Program-made: the position numbers and the translations under genes
From: an uncultured cyanobacterium
Lineage (GTDB): Bacteria > Cyanobacteriota > Cyanobacteriia > Leptolyngbyales > Leptolyngbyaceae
Length of the DNA stretch: 64,000 nucleotides
Assembly: GCA_963766075.1 (NCBI GenBank)
Contig: CAVYAN010000008.1
Span: 1-64,000, forward strand
Reading direction: 5' to 3'
Notes under the pieces: generated by a model
Databases searched by the model: none
What the model was told of the DNA's origin: nothing
What the model saw: the letters and a program-made list of their open reading frames with translations, nothing else
Shown here: in pieces, positions 43,308-53,641 of the stretch
Numbering within the stretch: position 1 is the first letter of the stretch
How the letters are laid out: each line of letters opens with the position of its first letter

Positions 43308-44278
43308 CTAGCCCTGTAGCCGATGCATCAAGGCCACCCACTCCTGCGATCGCGCATCGTCAATCGTCTCAAAGCCCACCGCCGTCAACGCTGCCAGCAC
43401 ATCCGCTTCATAGTCCACGGTAAACCCCGCCGTTAGCAACAGGCCCCGAGGCTGAAGTGCCCGCTGAAAATCCGCCGCCAGGGCAATATGCACCCGCGCC
43501 AAGATGTTTGCTGCAATCAGATTAAACGTCGCTTGAGGCTCCAGGCGCGGCACCCCCCCCCCATTTCTCCCCCCATCCAATGCCCCAAGGCGCTGCCCTC
43601 TCCCAGGCTAGCCTGCATCACCGTCACCTGGTCAGCCACGCCATTGCGCTGCACCGCCTCCTGACTGGCTTGCACCGCCACCGCGTCATTATCAATCGCC
43701 ACCACCTCTGCCCCCAGCTTTGCCATGGCCACACTCAAAATTCCCGATCCACAGCCCAAATCCAAGCCAGACATCGGGGGCTTCACATGGCGCTCCAACA
43801 CCTGCACACTGAGCTGGGTAGCCGGATGCAAACCGCTGCCAAAAGCTAAGCTGGGCGGAATATACAGAGGAATTTCGCCCGTCGCCTGATCGGCGACAGG
43901 CGGAGTTGCCCACACCACAAACCGCTGCCCGATCGCCTGTTTGAGCGGATGCCCTTGCGCCGTTGGCCGCTCTGCCTCCAGGAGACTCTCACCATCAGAC
44001 ACTATCCGGAGCGGCGTCGCAATGCCCGTCCGCACCAGGGGCGCGATCGCCTGTTCAATCGCCGCACAGAGGCTAACTTGATCGGCAGGCAGCATCAGGG
44101 AGAGCGTAAAGGCCCAGTGCTCCGGGGCGATCCCCGCCGCCTCGGCTTCCTCACCCGGATCTCCCCGATAGGCAGTCATCTGCATCACACCGCTATAAGC
44201 CGTGCCCGCCAGCAGCGTCCGCACCCAATCCACTCCCTCTCCAGTGGTATCTAAACTTAATTCAATCCACGGCATCAT
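43308..44278 (-). CDS. prmA: PrmA-like (ribosomal protein L11) methyltransferase with a frameshift in the C-run at ~43554-43562
   Basis: AFGSGLHPAT, LDLGCGSGILS, then FNLIAANILA in ORF 43308..43580. Confidence 0.8.
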
Positions 44279-44442
44279 CTTTCCTAGTCCTCTCGCGATC
44301 GCGTCCCCGGCAAGGCTCCCATCATAAGGGCTTCCGATCACACTTGAAGCCATACGCATTGAAAGCGCATTGAAAACAGTGCACCGATCCAGTTGTCATC
44401 CTAAAGATTCCACTTCCGGAATCCGAACGAACGCTTCTGTAG

Positions 44443-45061
44443 GGGTGCAACCTCGACTTGATTTAACGTTTGAATCGTGGTGTTGCTCAGTGATGAAAAC
44501 CAAAGGTGCAGTCATGGGCGTTCAATTACTGAGCATTGAAGGGTCGCAAGTAACGATAGAAGTAAGGATAGAACTGAGTTGTTCGATGCTGACGAGTGAA
44601 GAAAAATATCCAGCAAAACCTGAACAAGGTCGGTTGTATTGCCACAGCAGCGGCGCTCAAATATTTGGATACCGACGGCTCAGCGATAGCGATAGCGATA
44701 GCCGGAGAAGTGATGCGCACTAAAGGTGAACAGCCGAAAGCGTATCAAACTCCGTATGGGGAAGTTGTGGTTGAACGCCATGTCTATCAACGCTCAGGTA
44801 GTGGCAAGACCTATTGTCCGTTGGAGAGAGCGGGTAGAATCATCATCACGTCAACGCCTCTGTATGCTGCTATGCGACACCGGATGGCGAGAGGCCAAAC
44901 GCTATCCGATTGGCTCGGGTGTGACTGAAGCGGCTTGTAAAACGGTCATTAAACAACGCTTGTGCTGTTCTGGCATGCGATGAAAAGAAGCGGGTGCCGC
45001 TGTCGTGCTGAGTTTAAGAACGTTAGTCTTAACGCCGACGCTATGAAATCAATTCTGGAAT
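44443..45061 (+). pseudogene. Internally deleted and frameshifted ISKra4-family transposase remnant
   Basis: N-terminal YQTPYGEVVVERHVYQ joined directly to C-terminal PIGSGVTEAACKTVIKQRLCCSGMR; in-frame stops; cut by IS66. Confidence 0.75.
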
Positions 45062-46628
45062 GTAACTACTCAGGCTGAGGGTACAAGGTCGGTGTCTTTC
45101 CGGAGAACAGGTCAATCAGCGCCTGAAAAACAGGACGCTTTTGTTTACGCCAGGTTGAAATAGCACTGCGAATGCGGCAGAACATTTTGGCCCCGTCCTT
45201 TGAGCGGAAGCCACCGGATATTTTTTGCTTCAACTTAACCATGCGCAAGTCACGCTCAGCTAAATTGTTGTCAAAAGGAACCGCAAAATCGTGGAGAAAG
45301 CCAAGAACAGGCGCCTGTTGATCTCGCAAGCGCTCTAGAAGATTGCGCATGGGGGATTGCTTCGGTCGTCCTCTCGATTTCGGCGCATCCGGCGGGCGCT
45401 CGACGCGTGGATTGGCCGCCAGTCCCTGAGCTAAAATGGACTCATAGCGGGTTGTTAACGCGGTCAGTTGGTCAGCATCTAAAGCCCCGTGTCCTTGCGC
45501 CTGAGCGCTCTGCACGAGAGTCAGACTGGTGACCAACAGCAAAATCATCTGATAGGCCCACCCCTGTTGATAGCGCTCGAACAGAAACTGCAACTCCCGT
45601 AAATGGTGGGCATTACAGAGGAAATGCGCGCAAGCATAGCTGAGATAGCTTTTCCAACCATCATGCACGGCTTTGCCCTGAAACGCGGGCCAGATCCCGA
45701 TTTCATCAAGCGCCGTTTGACCCCGTTTGGCATGGACAAAGTAGTAGGTTAGTCCCGACGTACAGGCCACATGCAACCAATTCAACTGGCCCTGCACCCG
45801 CATCCCCGTTTCATCCCCGTGTAAAACCTCTGCTTGAATCAGGGCCGCGTGAATCGCTTCATCCAGCGGCGCGAGGTTCTCAAAACACTGCCTCCGAGTA
45901 GTGAACAGCGTGCCTTCAGACAAGGGCACACCCATGAGTTCAGCGATGACCTCACAACTGCGTTGGGCAGGCAATAGCTGTCCCTCCATGAGATACATCA
46001 TGGCTGCTTTCAGACGGGGACCATATTGCACAACCGTGGTCACCTCGGCCGGAAATTCACCCTGGTTGAATGTCCCACAATGGGGACAGGTTTTCTCTTG
46101 CGCTTGATGTTCCACCACGACCAATTCAATCGGCGGCAGGTCAAACACTTGGCGCGACAGCACTGATGCTACTGGCACCGACGCCAGTGATTGGCCACAA
46201 CCTTGGCATTGATGCACCGGATGAATTTCGATGTGATCCGCTACCTCTCGCCATTCCAACGTGCTACCCGGATGATCCGCTTGCCCACCACTCGGCTTGT
46301 CACTTTTTGTGCGCAAACTTCGCGTCCGCTTGCCAAACCCATCGCCTGAAGGAGGCTTACTGCTGTTACGACTCGTCTTGCTCAAGCGATTTTCCAGATC
46401 TGTGATCCGCGTTTCAAGTTTCTCAACTTTGCCTAACACCTCTGTAAACCACACATACAGAGCATCCTCTCCTTGCTCATACAGCGCATGGAACTCTTCT
46501 CGACTGATCTGGGTAGGGCGCTTGGCTTGGCTCACAACAAAACTCGATTTGCAACGATTGCCTTGAACTTACTAGTTCTGACTCAGTTTCAGAACATTCC
46601 TTTGCATTTCTTAAGCCTGAGTAGTTAC
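45062..46628 (-). mobile_element. IS66-family element (single TnpC ORF)
   Basis: 15-bp perfect IR GTAACTACTCAGGCT. Confidence 0.9.
45066..46535 (-). CDS. IS66 transposase
   Basis: NSSKPPSGD, zinc finger, HGDETG, CNAHHLREL, DNNLAERDLRMVK. Confidence 0.93.
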   Translation of the reverse strand: MSQAKRPTQISREEFHALYEQGEDALYVWFTEVLGKVEKLETRITDLENRLSKTSRNSSKPPSGDGFGKRTRSLRTKSDKPSGGQADHPGSTLEWREVADHIEIHPVHQCQGCGQSLASVPVASVLSRQVFDLPPIELVVVEHQAQEKTCPHCGTFNQGEFPAEVTTVVQYGPRLKAAMMYLMEGQLLPAQRSCEVIAELMGVPLSEGTLFTTRRQCFENLAPLDEAIHAALIQAEVLHGDETGMRVQGQLNWLHVACTSGLTYYFVHAKRGQTALDEIGIWPAFQGKAVHDGWKSYLSYACAHFLCNAHHLRELQFLFERYQQGWAYQMILLLVTSLTLVQSAQAQGHGALDADQLTALTTRYESILAQGLAANPRVERPPDAPKSRGRPKQSPMRNLLERLRDQQAPVLGFLHDFAVPFDNNLAERDLRMVKLKQKISGGFRSKDGAKMFCRIRSAISTWRKQKRPVFQALIDLFSGKTPTLYPQPE

Positions 46629-47047
46629 CCTGGATTGAATATGGTCTCAAGCAAGCTAAAGATGCTTTAGGTTGGGCAGACTTTCGCATGACAAGCTATG
46701 AGCAGATTGAAAAGTGGTGGGAGTTGGTCATGAGTGCGTTTTTGATGGTCAGTTTGTTTGCCGACCAGTTCAACGATTCGTGTCCACTTGCCCATCAACA
46801 GTTTGCACGACATCCCTGGTGGGACAACCAAAGCGGTTGGAAGAACGTACTCAACAACCTGCGCTTAATCATCCAACCGTTAATTTGTTTCAACTGGCTC
46901 AAACGGTGGTTAGAGGTCTTTCCGCTCGCCTCATTGCAAACCGGGTTTGAACAATTGACACGCAAAATGGATGCGTTCATCTGCCCATTGGTGCATGAGT
47001 TAAATCTGCAACTCATCTTTTCATCTGCTTAGAGTGACCAAAGAGGG
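46629..47047 (+). pseudogene. 3' remnant of an IS701-like transposase and its right end
   Basis: WIEYGLKQAKDALGWADFRMTSYEQIEKWWELV; 5' part missing at the IS66 junction. Confidence 0.7.
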
Positions 47048-47777
47048 ATATTCTTGGCTCATATTTTTCAAAAAAAAACATTCCCCTGCTGCATGAGGAT
47101 TTCGATTTCCTTACAAATGACGACGATTTAGAGAAGCTTATCTATTTATTGTCAGAGTTTGGGAAGTATGCTCGATATCACAATCTCGACGTAGTTACTT
47201 CAGCAGCAAAACCTAGCATTAATGTTAAACAATTGTGGGAGGAATATGAGAGTAACCTTATTACCTCAAACCCTGAAATTTTAGAGAAATTGGGAAACTT
47301 GGAAGCCACAGAAGAAGTGATAAGTTATACAAAACGACAAATTCTGATTAAACTAGAAAAGTTCACTCGGGCTATTTGTCGACAATTCACAATTGGTCAA
47401 CCAGGGAAAAAAGCCTTGCAATATTCCCCCACTTTATACAAATTTATACTTCTTAAAGATGAAGACTTAGGTAACCAGAATTATCGGTTAGAAACAACTA
47501 GATATCAAAAAAGAACAGAAGGTTCATCAGCGAACACTAGTTAACGAGCTTCAGCGAACATATAATCCTCGTTATCGTTATGCAATTGTTAGAAAAGAGA
47601 ATTTTGATGGAGACTGGCCCTTCTACCATGATGAGGTAACTATCGAGTGTCGTGAAAGATATTGGTGTGTGGTGACTATTGAGAATAAGGATTATGCCTT
47701 AAATGGATCTGCCGCAGGACGATATAAACTTGAAAGTGCACATGATGCTGGTATGGCAATTTTAGGAAAGTCTTGTG
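47048..47777 (+). pseudogene. AT-rich hypothetical gene truncated by IS elements at both ends, with a frameshift at ~47510
   Basis: ORF 47149..47544 continues in another frame (…NFDGDWPFYHDEVTIECRERYW…YALNGSA) up to the ISKra4 end. Confidence 0.65.
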
Positions 47778-48996
47778 GGGAGCATCTCACCTTTGCAATG
47801 AGCATAAATGCTTAGTGATAATTTCATCGAAATACGACAAAATTGAGTCACTGATTTGAGGCTTTGCCGCCATGACGCCTGAAGAATTACAAAAAATAGA
47901 ATACCATGCCAACCAAATTGCCCAAATTCTCTATTCTGATACGGATCCGAAAGTGATTCAGACCTTGGGGGATATTGAAACTACCGTTCGTCAGCAAATC
48001 CTGCAGCATGTCAGCCCTCCTATCGGTGTTTTTTTGTCAAAAATGCCACCGAAATCGAAACGGGAAGAAAGCGAAACATCAAAACAACAATCGGGAATCT
48101 TGAAATCACGGAACGTCAAGCCCAACACCTCAATGTAAAACCCTATACTCAAATCAGTGAGCACTTAGAAAACTGCTGTCTACTCGTGAGTGCAAATAGC
48201 TCTTATGCACGTTCACAAGAAGATTTAGCAATTCTAATGGGAATAGATATTTCTCATAGTACTCATCATAGATTAGTGAATCGTCAGGAATTTAAGGGAA
48301 TCATTTCTGAAACCACTATTGAATCAATGAGTTTAGATGGCGGAAAAGCTAGAATCCGCACCCCCAAGGGTGAAGTGTCTATTTACAAAGATTACAAAGC
48401 CGTGGTTTTAGAAGGTCAAGGGATCGGGGGATATTTCCAAAAAAATGAGGCGTTGATTGATTGGGTCAATAGCCAACCCTTAGCCACCACGGTTTCCTGT
48501 TTAGGCGATGGGCATGATGGGATTTGGAATGTATTTCGTGCGGTGGCGGTTCCAGAACAGCGGCGTGAAATTCTGGATTGGTACCATTTGGTCGAGAATT
48601 TGCACAAAGTGGGTGGCTCGAACAATCGCTTAAATCAGGTGGAAGCCTTGTTATGGACTGGCAAAGTCGAGGCGGCGATGGCGCTGTTCTCCGATTGCAC
48701 TCTTGATACCGTGCCCAATTTCATCACCTATCTGACCAAGCATCGGCATCGGATTCCGAATTATGACTATTTACAGTCAGAAGGATTCACCATTGGCTCG
48801 GGTGGCGTGGAATCTGGAATTAAACAAATTAGTCGCCGGGTGAAAATTTCAGGAGCACAATGGGAGGCGAAGAATGTCGATCAAGTCGTAAAACATCGGT
48901 GTGCCTACCTAAATGGTCAATTTTCAACGCATTTTCAGCTTTCCAGGGCGATATGATCACAAGTATTTCTACTCATCGCAAAGGTGAGATGCTCCC
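47778..48996 (+). mobile_element. ISKra4-family IS, copy 1 (ORFs 47872..48138 and 48186..48956)
   Basis: 19-bp IR GGGAGCATCTCACCTTTGC; LDGG, LGDGHDGIW, LDWYHL, IGSGGVES. Confidence 0.92.
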
Positions 48997-49205
48997 TACA
49001 GAAATGCCTATTTCGCCAAGATTGTCTGCACAAGTCAGTGCAAATAAGAGAGCTTATAAAATTCTCTTATTTGTGCTTTATTAGCGTTCCACATCCCCTT
49101 TTCGTCGGCTTGCTTGGTGTTTTTTTAGTACGGCAGCTGAGCCGTGCCCAAGAGTGAGCGGCAAATTTCAGTTTGTAACCCTCAAACCTCGCAAAGAGTC
49201 CTAAC

Positions 49206-49451
49206 ATGATGGAGTTATATCAAGAAGTCGCATTACCTTGCGACTTACCAGAGTGTGGACTGAGAGCTGGAGATGTCGCAATATTGGTTGATTTTGTTCC
49301 CTATCCGAGCGATGGCGAAGGGGGCTGTGTGCTGGAAGTCTTTAATGCGATCGGTGAATCTTTTGAAGTGATTGCTGTCCCAATCTCTGTAGTAGAAGTT
49401 CTGCGCCCGGATGAAATTTTAACAGTCCGCCCCCTAGCAAAAGCGAGTTAA
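49206..49451 (+). CDS. DUF4926-like small protein
   Basis: LYQEVAL..DLPE.GLRAGDVA..VD...LEVFNAIGE pattern, recognised from memory. Confidence 0.75.
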   Translation: MMELYQEVALPCDLPECGLRAGDVAILVDFVPYPSDGEGGCVLEVFNAIGESFEVIAVPISVVEVLRPDEILTVRPLAKAS

Positions 49452-49477
49452 TGTTCAAAAGTATAATAGCTGTGGTG

Positions 49478-49564
49478 GTCTAACAAATCGTTGCAACGGC
49501 GGAATTAAGGATGGTTGGTAGAGATGCCAAAACTTATCGCCGCTGCTGAACTCAATCGTTATGC
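49478..49564 (+). other. Integron attC-like recombination site 1
   Basis: R'' GTCTAAC, 5 nt, L'' GTTGCAAC ... L' GCTGAAC, 6 nt, R' GTTATGC; inner GGCGG/CGCC stem. Confidence 0.75.
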
Positions 49565-49632
49565 CGCTCAGTTTACCGTTGAGGCAATAAAATGCAAGCT
49601 GTCTCTTTAAGCAAATCTTCAATATCTATTGG

Positions 49633-50247
49633 TCACCTTTTCACTAAATAAGATGACAGCATAGCCATAATTTCTTGTTCAAGTTCTCCATTGTTCAACA
49701 GTTCCGGACGATCAAGCATCGCCCCATGACTGAGCGCTTTAATCGTCCGCCCAACTATGAAAACAGTTAAATCTAGATTTTTAGGTTGAAGTTGATTGCA
49801 TCGATGCGCCATAAACGATCGCAGCATTTTTTCCATCCTTTCATCATCTAGCTGTCGCATCTCCTCACTGCGGGGAATCTGTTCATGTAGAACGCGATGG
49901 AGCTTAGGATTCACGGCATGAGCCGCCAACGCCGCTTTGACAATCTGCTGAAGCACATCAATGATAGAGCTATCTTCTAGCCCTGCTAAATGCTGCTGAG
50001 CTATCTGCGCCATTTCATTGGCATAATGTTCCGTCAAAGCAAAAATCAGAGATTCCTTATTCGGAAAATATTGATACAGTGAGCCGATACTTACGCCTGC
50101 CAGTTCGGCTACTCGATTTGTGGTGAGATGGTCGTATCCTTTTTCGGTCAAAATGTGAGTCGTTGCCGTGAGAATGGCTTCAACGGTCGCTTGAGAACGT
50201 TCCTGTTTTGGTAGTTTACGCGGTGTGGCTGGGGGCTTATGTGGCAT
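49633..50247 (-). CDS. TetR/AcrR-family regulator
   Basis: TTNRVAELAGVSIGSLYQYFPNKE HTH. Confidence 0.93.
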   Translation of the reverse strand: MPHKPPATPRKLPKQERSQATVEAILTATTHILTEKGYDHLTTNRVAELAGVSIGSLYQYFPNKESLIFALTEHYANEMAQIAQQHLAGLEDSSIIDVLQQIVKAALAAHAVNPKLHRVLHEQIPRSEEMRQLDDERMEKMLRSFMAHRCNQLQPKNLDLTVFIVGRTIKALSHGAMLDRPELLNNGELEQEIMAMLSSYLVKR

Positions 50248-50366
50248 GAGTAAGTATCAAAAAAATGCGAGTTGTCAGGCGATCGCGATCGCTCGTAAAG
50301 TATGAGTAATCATTCACATTATACGCAGTGAGTCTCACCGCTTGCAGCGCCACAGGAGTACTATTC

Positions 50367-51641
50367 ATGCGTATTGCGATTATTGCGCTGGGATCTCGCG
50401 GCGATGTTCAACCCTATATTGCTTTAGGCAAGGGCTTGAAAACAGCGGGGCATTACGTCCGATTGATAAGCCATGAAAACTTTGAACAACTGGTTAGTTC
50501 TCATGACCTAGAATTCTGGTCAGCTAAGGGTGACGTGCAAGAAATCATGGAAAGTCCAGAAATGCGCGATCTATTGGAAAAAGGGAATTTTCTTGCTATT
50601 ACAGCGTATACGGCAAAAGCATCCAAACAAGCGGCGATTGACTGGGCGCACGATGGGTTAGCCGCTTGTCAGGGCATGGAATTGCTGCTTGCAGGCGTGG
50701 GTGGGCTGTTTCTAGGTCTTGCCCTTGCCGAAAAATTAAAGCTGCCCTTGCTTCAGGCATATGTCTTTCCCTTTACGCCAACATCAGTTTTTCCCGCTCC
50801 CCTTTTCCCTCAGTTTGTATCCAAACTCGGCGGATATGTGAATCGGTTGTCTCATCATTTATTCCGACAGATCATGTGGCAGGGGTCTCGCACGGGCGAT
50901 GGGATAGCACGACAGCAAGTTCTGGGCTTGCCCGCCGCCCCATTTTGGGGACTCTACAATTCACCCCCGCTCCAGCGCTATTCAATTCTCTATGGTTTCA
51001 GTCCGTCCATAATCCCTAAACCATCAGATTGGCGTAATACCCATGTCACTGGCTATTGGTTCTTGGATGAGGCACCTAATTGGACTCCACCAGCAGCCTT
51101 GGTGGAGTTTCTGCAAAGTGGCTCGCCGCCTGTGTATGTTGGGTTTGGAAGTATGAGGAGTCAAAATCCAGAAGAAACGGCAGATCTAGTCTTAAAAGCG
51201 ATCTCTCTCACGGGGCAACGCGCCATATTGCAATCGGGTTGGGGTGGTCTGAATAAGAACCATTTACCAGATACAGTTTTTATGGTGGATTCAATCTCCC
51301 ATTCATGGCTCTTCCCACGTGTCGCGGCTGTCGTCCATCATGGTGGTGCTGGGACAACAGCCGCTGGACTCAGAGCGGGAGTTCCGACCATCGTAATTCC
51401 GTTCTTTGGCGATCAGCCCTTTTGGGGACAGCGCGTTGCAGAATTAGGGGTTGGACCAAAACTGATTCCTCGCAAAAAACTAACGGCTGAAAGACTTGCA
51501 GAAGCGATTCACATCGCGATGACCAATCGATCGATGCGTCAGTGTGCAGCCAAGCTAGGGGCGAAAATTCGAGCCGAAGATGGTATTGCCAGTGCGGTTG
51601 CCATCGTAAAGGAAATCGAAAAGCGTGGGGTTAACTACTGA
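50367..51641 (+). CDS. GT1 (sterol-3-beta-glucosyltransferase-like) UDP-glycosyltransferase
   Basis: GSRGDVQPY, VVHHGGAGTT, PFFGDQPFW. Confidence 0.92.
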   Translation: MRIAIIALGSRGDVQPYIALGKGLKTAGHYVRLISHENFEQLVSSHDLEFWSAKGDVQEIMESPEMRDLLEKGNFLAITAYTAKASKQAAIDWAHDGLAACQGMELLLAGVGGLFLGLALAEKLKLPLLQAYVFPFTPTSVFPAPLFPQFVSKLGGYVNRLSHHLFRQIMWQGSRTGDGIARQQVLGLPAAPFWGLYNSPPLQRYSILYGFSPSIIPKPSDWRNTHVTGYWFLDEAPNWTPPAALVEFLQSGSPPVYVGFGSMRSQNPEETADLVLKAISLTGQRAILQSGWGGLNKNHLPDTVFMVDSISHSWLFPRVAAVVHHGGAGTTAAGLRAGVPTIVIPFFGDQPFWGQRVAELGVGPKLIPRKKLTAERLAEAIHIAMTNRSMRQCAAKLGAKIRAEDGIASAVAIVKEIEKRGVNY

Positions 51642-51675
51642 CAATTTGGATTCTGTTATTAATCCCAAAATAACT

Positions 51676-52230
51676 ATGTCATTAGAAATCATTCTCATTG
51701 GTCCCATCGGTGCTGGCAAATCTAGTGTCGCTGAGCTTTTAAGCAGTCGGCTGAGTCTTCCACAACAATCAATGGATGAACGACGCTGGGACTACTACAA
51801 GGAAATTGGATATGACGAAGATCTGGCAAAGCACAAAAGAGAAACCAAAGGATTCCGGGAAGTTTATCAATATTGGAAGCCTTTTGAAGCATATGCTGTG
51901 GAAAGACTGCTATCGGAGCATCACAATTGTGTCATTGATTTTGGTGCGAGTCACTCTGTTTATGAAGATGTTGCTTTATTTCAGAGGGTTGAGTCAGTGT
52001 TAGCCCCATATCCCAATATTGTTCTTCTACTTCCATCTCCTGATTTAGATGAGTCGATACGGATACTGAATGAGCGGAATGATTATATATCCGATAGCAG
52101 TTCCAATATCAATGAATATTTTGTCAGGCATCCTTCAAATCATAAGCTTGCAAAATTTACGACTTACACGAAGGCAAAGGCAATAGAAGAAACTTGCAAT
52201 GAAATTTTGAGTCTGACAGGCACGGCGTAA
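51676..52230 (+). CDS. Shikimate-kinase-like P-loop kinase
   Basis: IILIGPIGAGKSS, VIDFGA; stop codon lies inside an attC R'' box. Confidence 0.8.
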   Translation: MSLEIILIGPIGAGKSSVAELLSSRLSLPQQSMDERRWDYYKEIGYDEDLAKHKRETKGFREVYQYWKPFEAYAVERLLSEHHNCVIDFGASHSVYEDVALFQRVESVLAPYPNIVLLLPSPDLDESIRILNERNDYISDSSSNINEYFVRHPSNHKLAKFTTYTKAKAIEETCNEILSLTGTA

Positions 52231-52313
52231 CAACGCCCATGCACACCGACCGCCGAGAGTCGATTGGTTATGATGTAAAGGTTACTAGCGGCGGGTAATG
52301 GGCAACGTTATGC
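52225..52313 (+). other. Integron attC-like recombination site 2
   Basis: R'' GCGTAAC ... GCCCAT(G)CAC/GTAATGGGC stem, CCGCCG/GCGGCGG ... R' GTTATGC. Confidence 0.75.
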
Positions 52314-52360
52314 TGTCGGCATTGTATGCTTTTCTGTAATTCTAAGGCGCTAGATCATCC

Positions 52361-53551
52361 TTGCTAAAAGTAATCATCATTGGGGGTGGAATTGGGGGAT
52401 TGACCCTGGCGCGTGCCTGTTTAGATGTAGGCATTGCGGTCGAGCTCTATGAAAAGCGCCCGCTGAATGCAATGCTGTCAGGACCGGGTGGCATTTTCAT
52501 TCAGCGAAACGCCCTGCGGGTCTATAAGCTCCTGTGGGGAGGAAAAATATACGATCGCCTCTCCCAGCAAGGCGGAACCATTCTGAAAGGCGGCTTCTTC
52601 AGTAAAAGCGGCGAACCGCTCTACATCAATTCCCCGCAATTTGTTCAAGAAGATAACCTGGGGATTTGTTTACTGCGAGCAGAGTTGCAGCAAATTCTCT
52701 ACACAGCGCTGCCAGAAGGTACGGTCCGCCCTGGATATGCCTTCGAGGGCTTTGAAGAGCAGGGAGACAGTCTACGCGTTGTCTTTCGGGACGGCAGCAG
52801 CACAGAAGGAGACATCCTTGTTGGTGCCGATGGGCTGTATTCTACCGTGCGGGCTCGTCTGAGTGGCAAAGACCGATTGGAGCCTCCCATCTATAGCGGC
52901 ACGTGCTGTTGGCGAGGCTATTTTGATGGGACTGGGTTACCCCTAGATGACCAATACAGTTGGGCAGAATTTTGGGGGCAGGGCGATCGCTTTGGTTATT
53001 TTGATGTCGGCTCCGGGCGCTGCTCCTTTTATGCCTTTGCCAACGTGGCTGCGGGGGGAAACGATGACAGTGCGGGCGGGGCGTTAAATGCGTTGAAATC
53101 TCGGTTTTCTGGCTATGCCAGTCCAGTGCCCGCCATTCTCGAAGTGCTGGCTGACCAGCCGATCTACCGAGATGACATCTATGATCGCATCCCCCTGGGA
53201 CGGGAATGGGGCCATGGACGGGTCACACTCATTGGCGATGCCGCACATCCGGTGCAACCCAGCATTGGTCAGGGGGGATGCATGGCGATTGAAGACGCTT
53301 TTGAAGTGGCGAAGCGGCTGTCTACGCAGGGACAGGAAGATGCCGTTCCAGTGTTGTTGCGCCAGTTTGAAGCGAGCCGCAGCGATCGCATCGCCCGTGT
53401 GTTCACCACTGCCCGCCAGGTCGGTCAGTTAGGGCAGGCGGAGGGCGCGATCGCCTGTTTTCTCCGCAACTGGATCTATAAACTTACCCCCACCCGACTG
53501 GCTGATCAACAGTTCAAATGGCTATTTGATTACGTTCCACGCTGGGATTAG
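52361..53551 (+). CDS. FAD-dependent monooxygenase (aromatic hydroxylase / zeaxanthin-epoxidase-like fold)
   Basis: GGGIGG, LVGADGLYS, LIGDAAHPVQPSIGQGG. Confidence 0.9.
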   Translation: MLKVIIIGGGIGGLTLARACLDVGIAVELYEKRPLNAMLSGPGGIFIQRNALRVYKLLWGGKIYDRLSQQGGTILKGGFFSKSGEPLYINSPQFVQEDNLGICLLRAELQQILYTALPEGTVRPGYAFEGFEEQGDSLRVVFRDGSSTEGDILVGADGLYSTVRARLSGKDRLEPPIYSGTCCWRGYFDGTGLPLDDQYSWAEFWGQGDRFGYFDVGSGRCSFYAFANVAAGGNDDSAGGALNALKSRFSGYASPVPAILEVLADQPIYRDDIYDRIPLGREWGHGRVTLIGDAAHPVQPSIGQGGCMAIEDAFEVAKRLSTQGQEDAVPVLLRQFEASRSDRIARVFTTARQVGQLGQAEGAIACFLRNWIYKLTPTRLADQQFKWLFDYVPRWD

Positions 53552-53641
53552 GTGAGCACTGGGATGCAGTGAGCTAGGCTACCGACCAGATAGCGCGGGT
53601 ATAGAGCGGGTCGGCTAGTCCGCAAGATGGCTGGCCACCGT

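Noticed and set aside
49024..49092. Hairpin GCAAATAAGAGA...TCTCTTATTTG as a fourth attC
   Set aside because: Lacks AAC in R'' and a GTTRRRY R'; more likely a terminator or a very degenerate site
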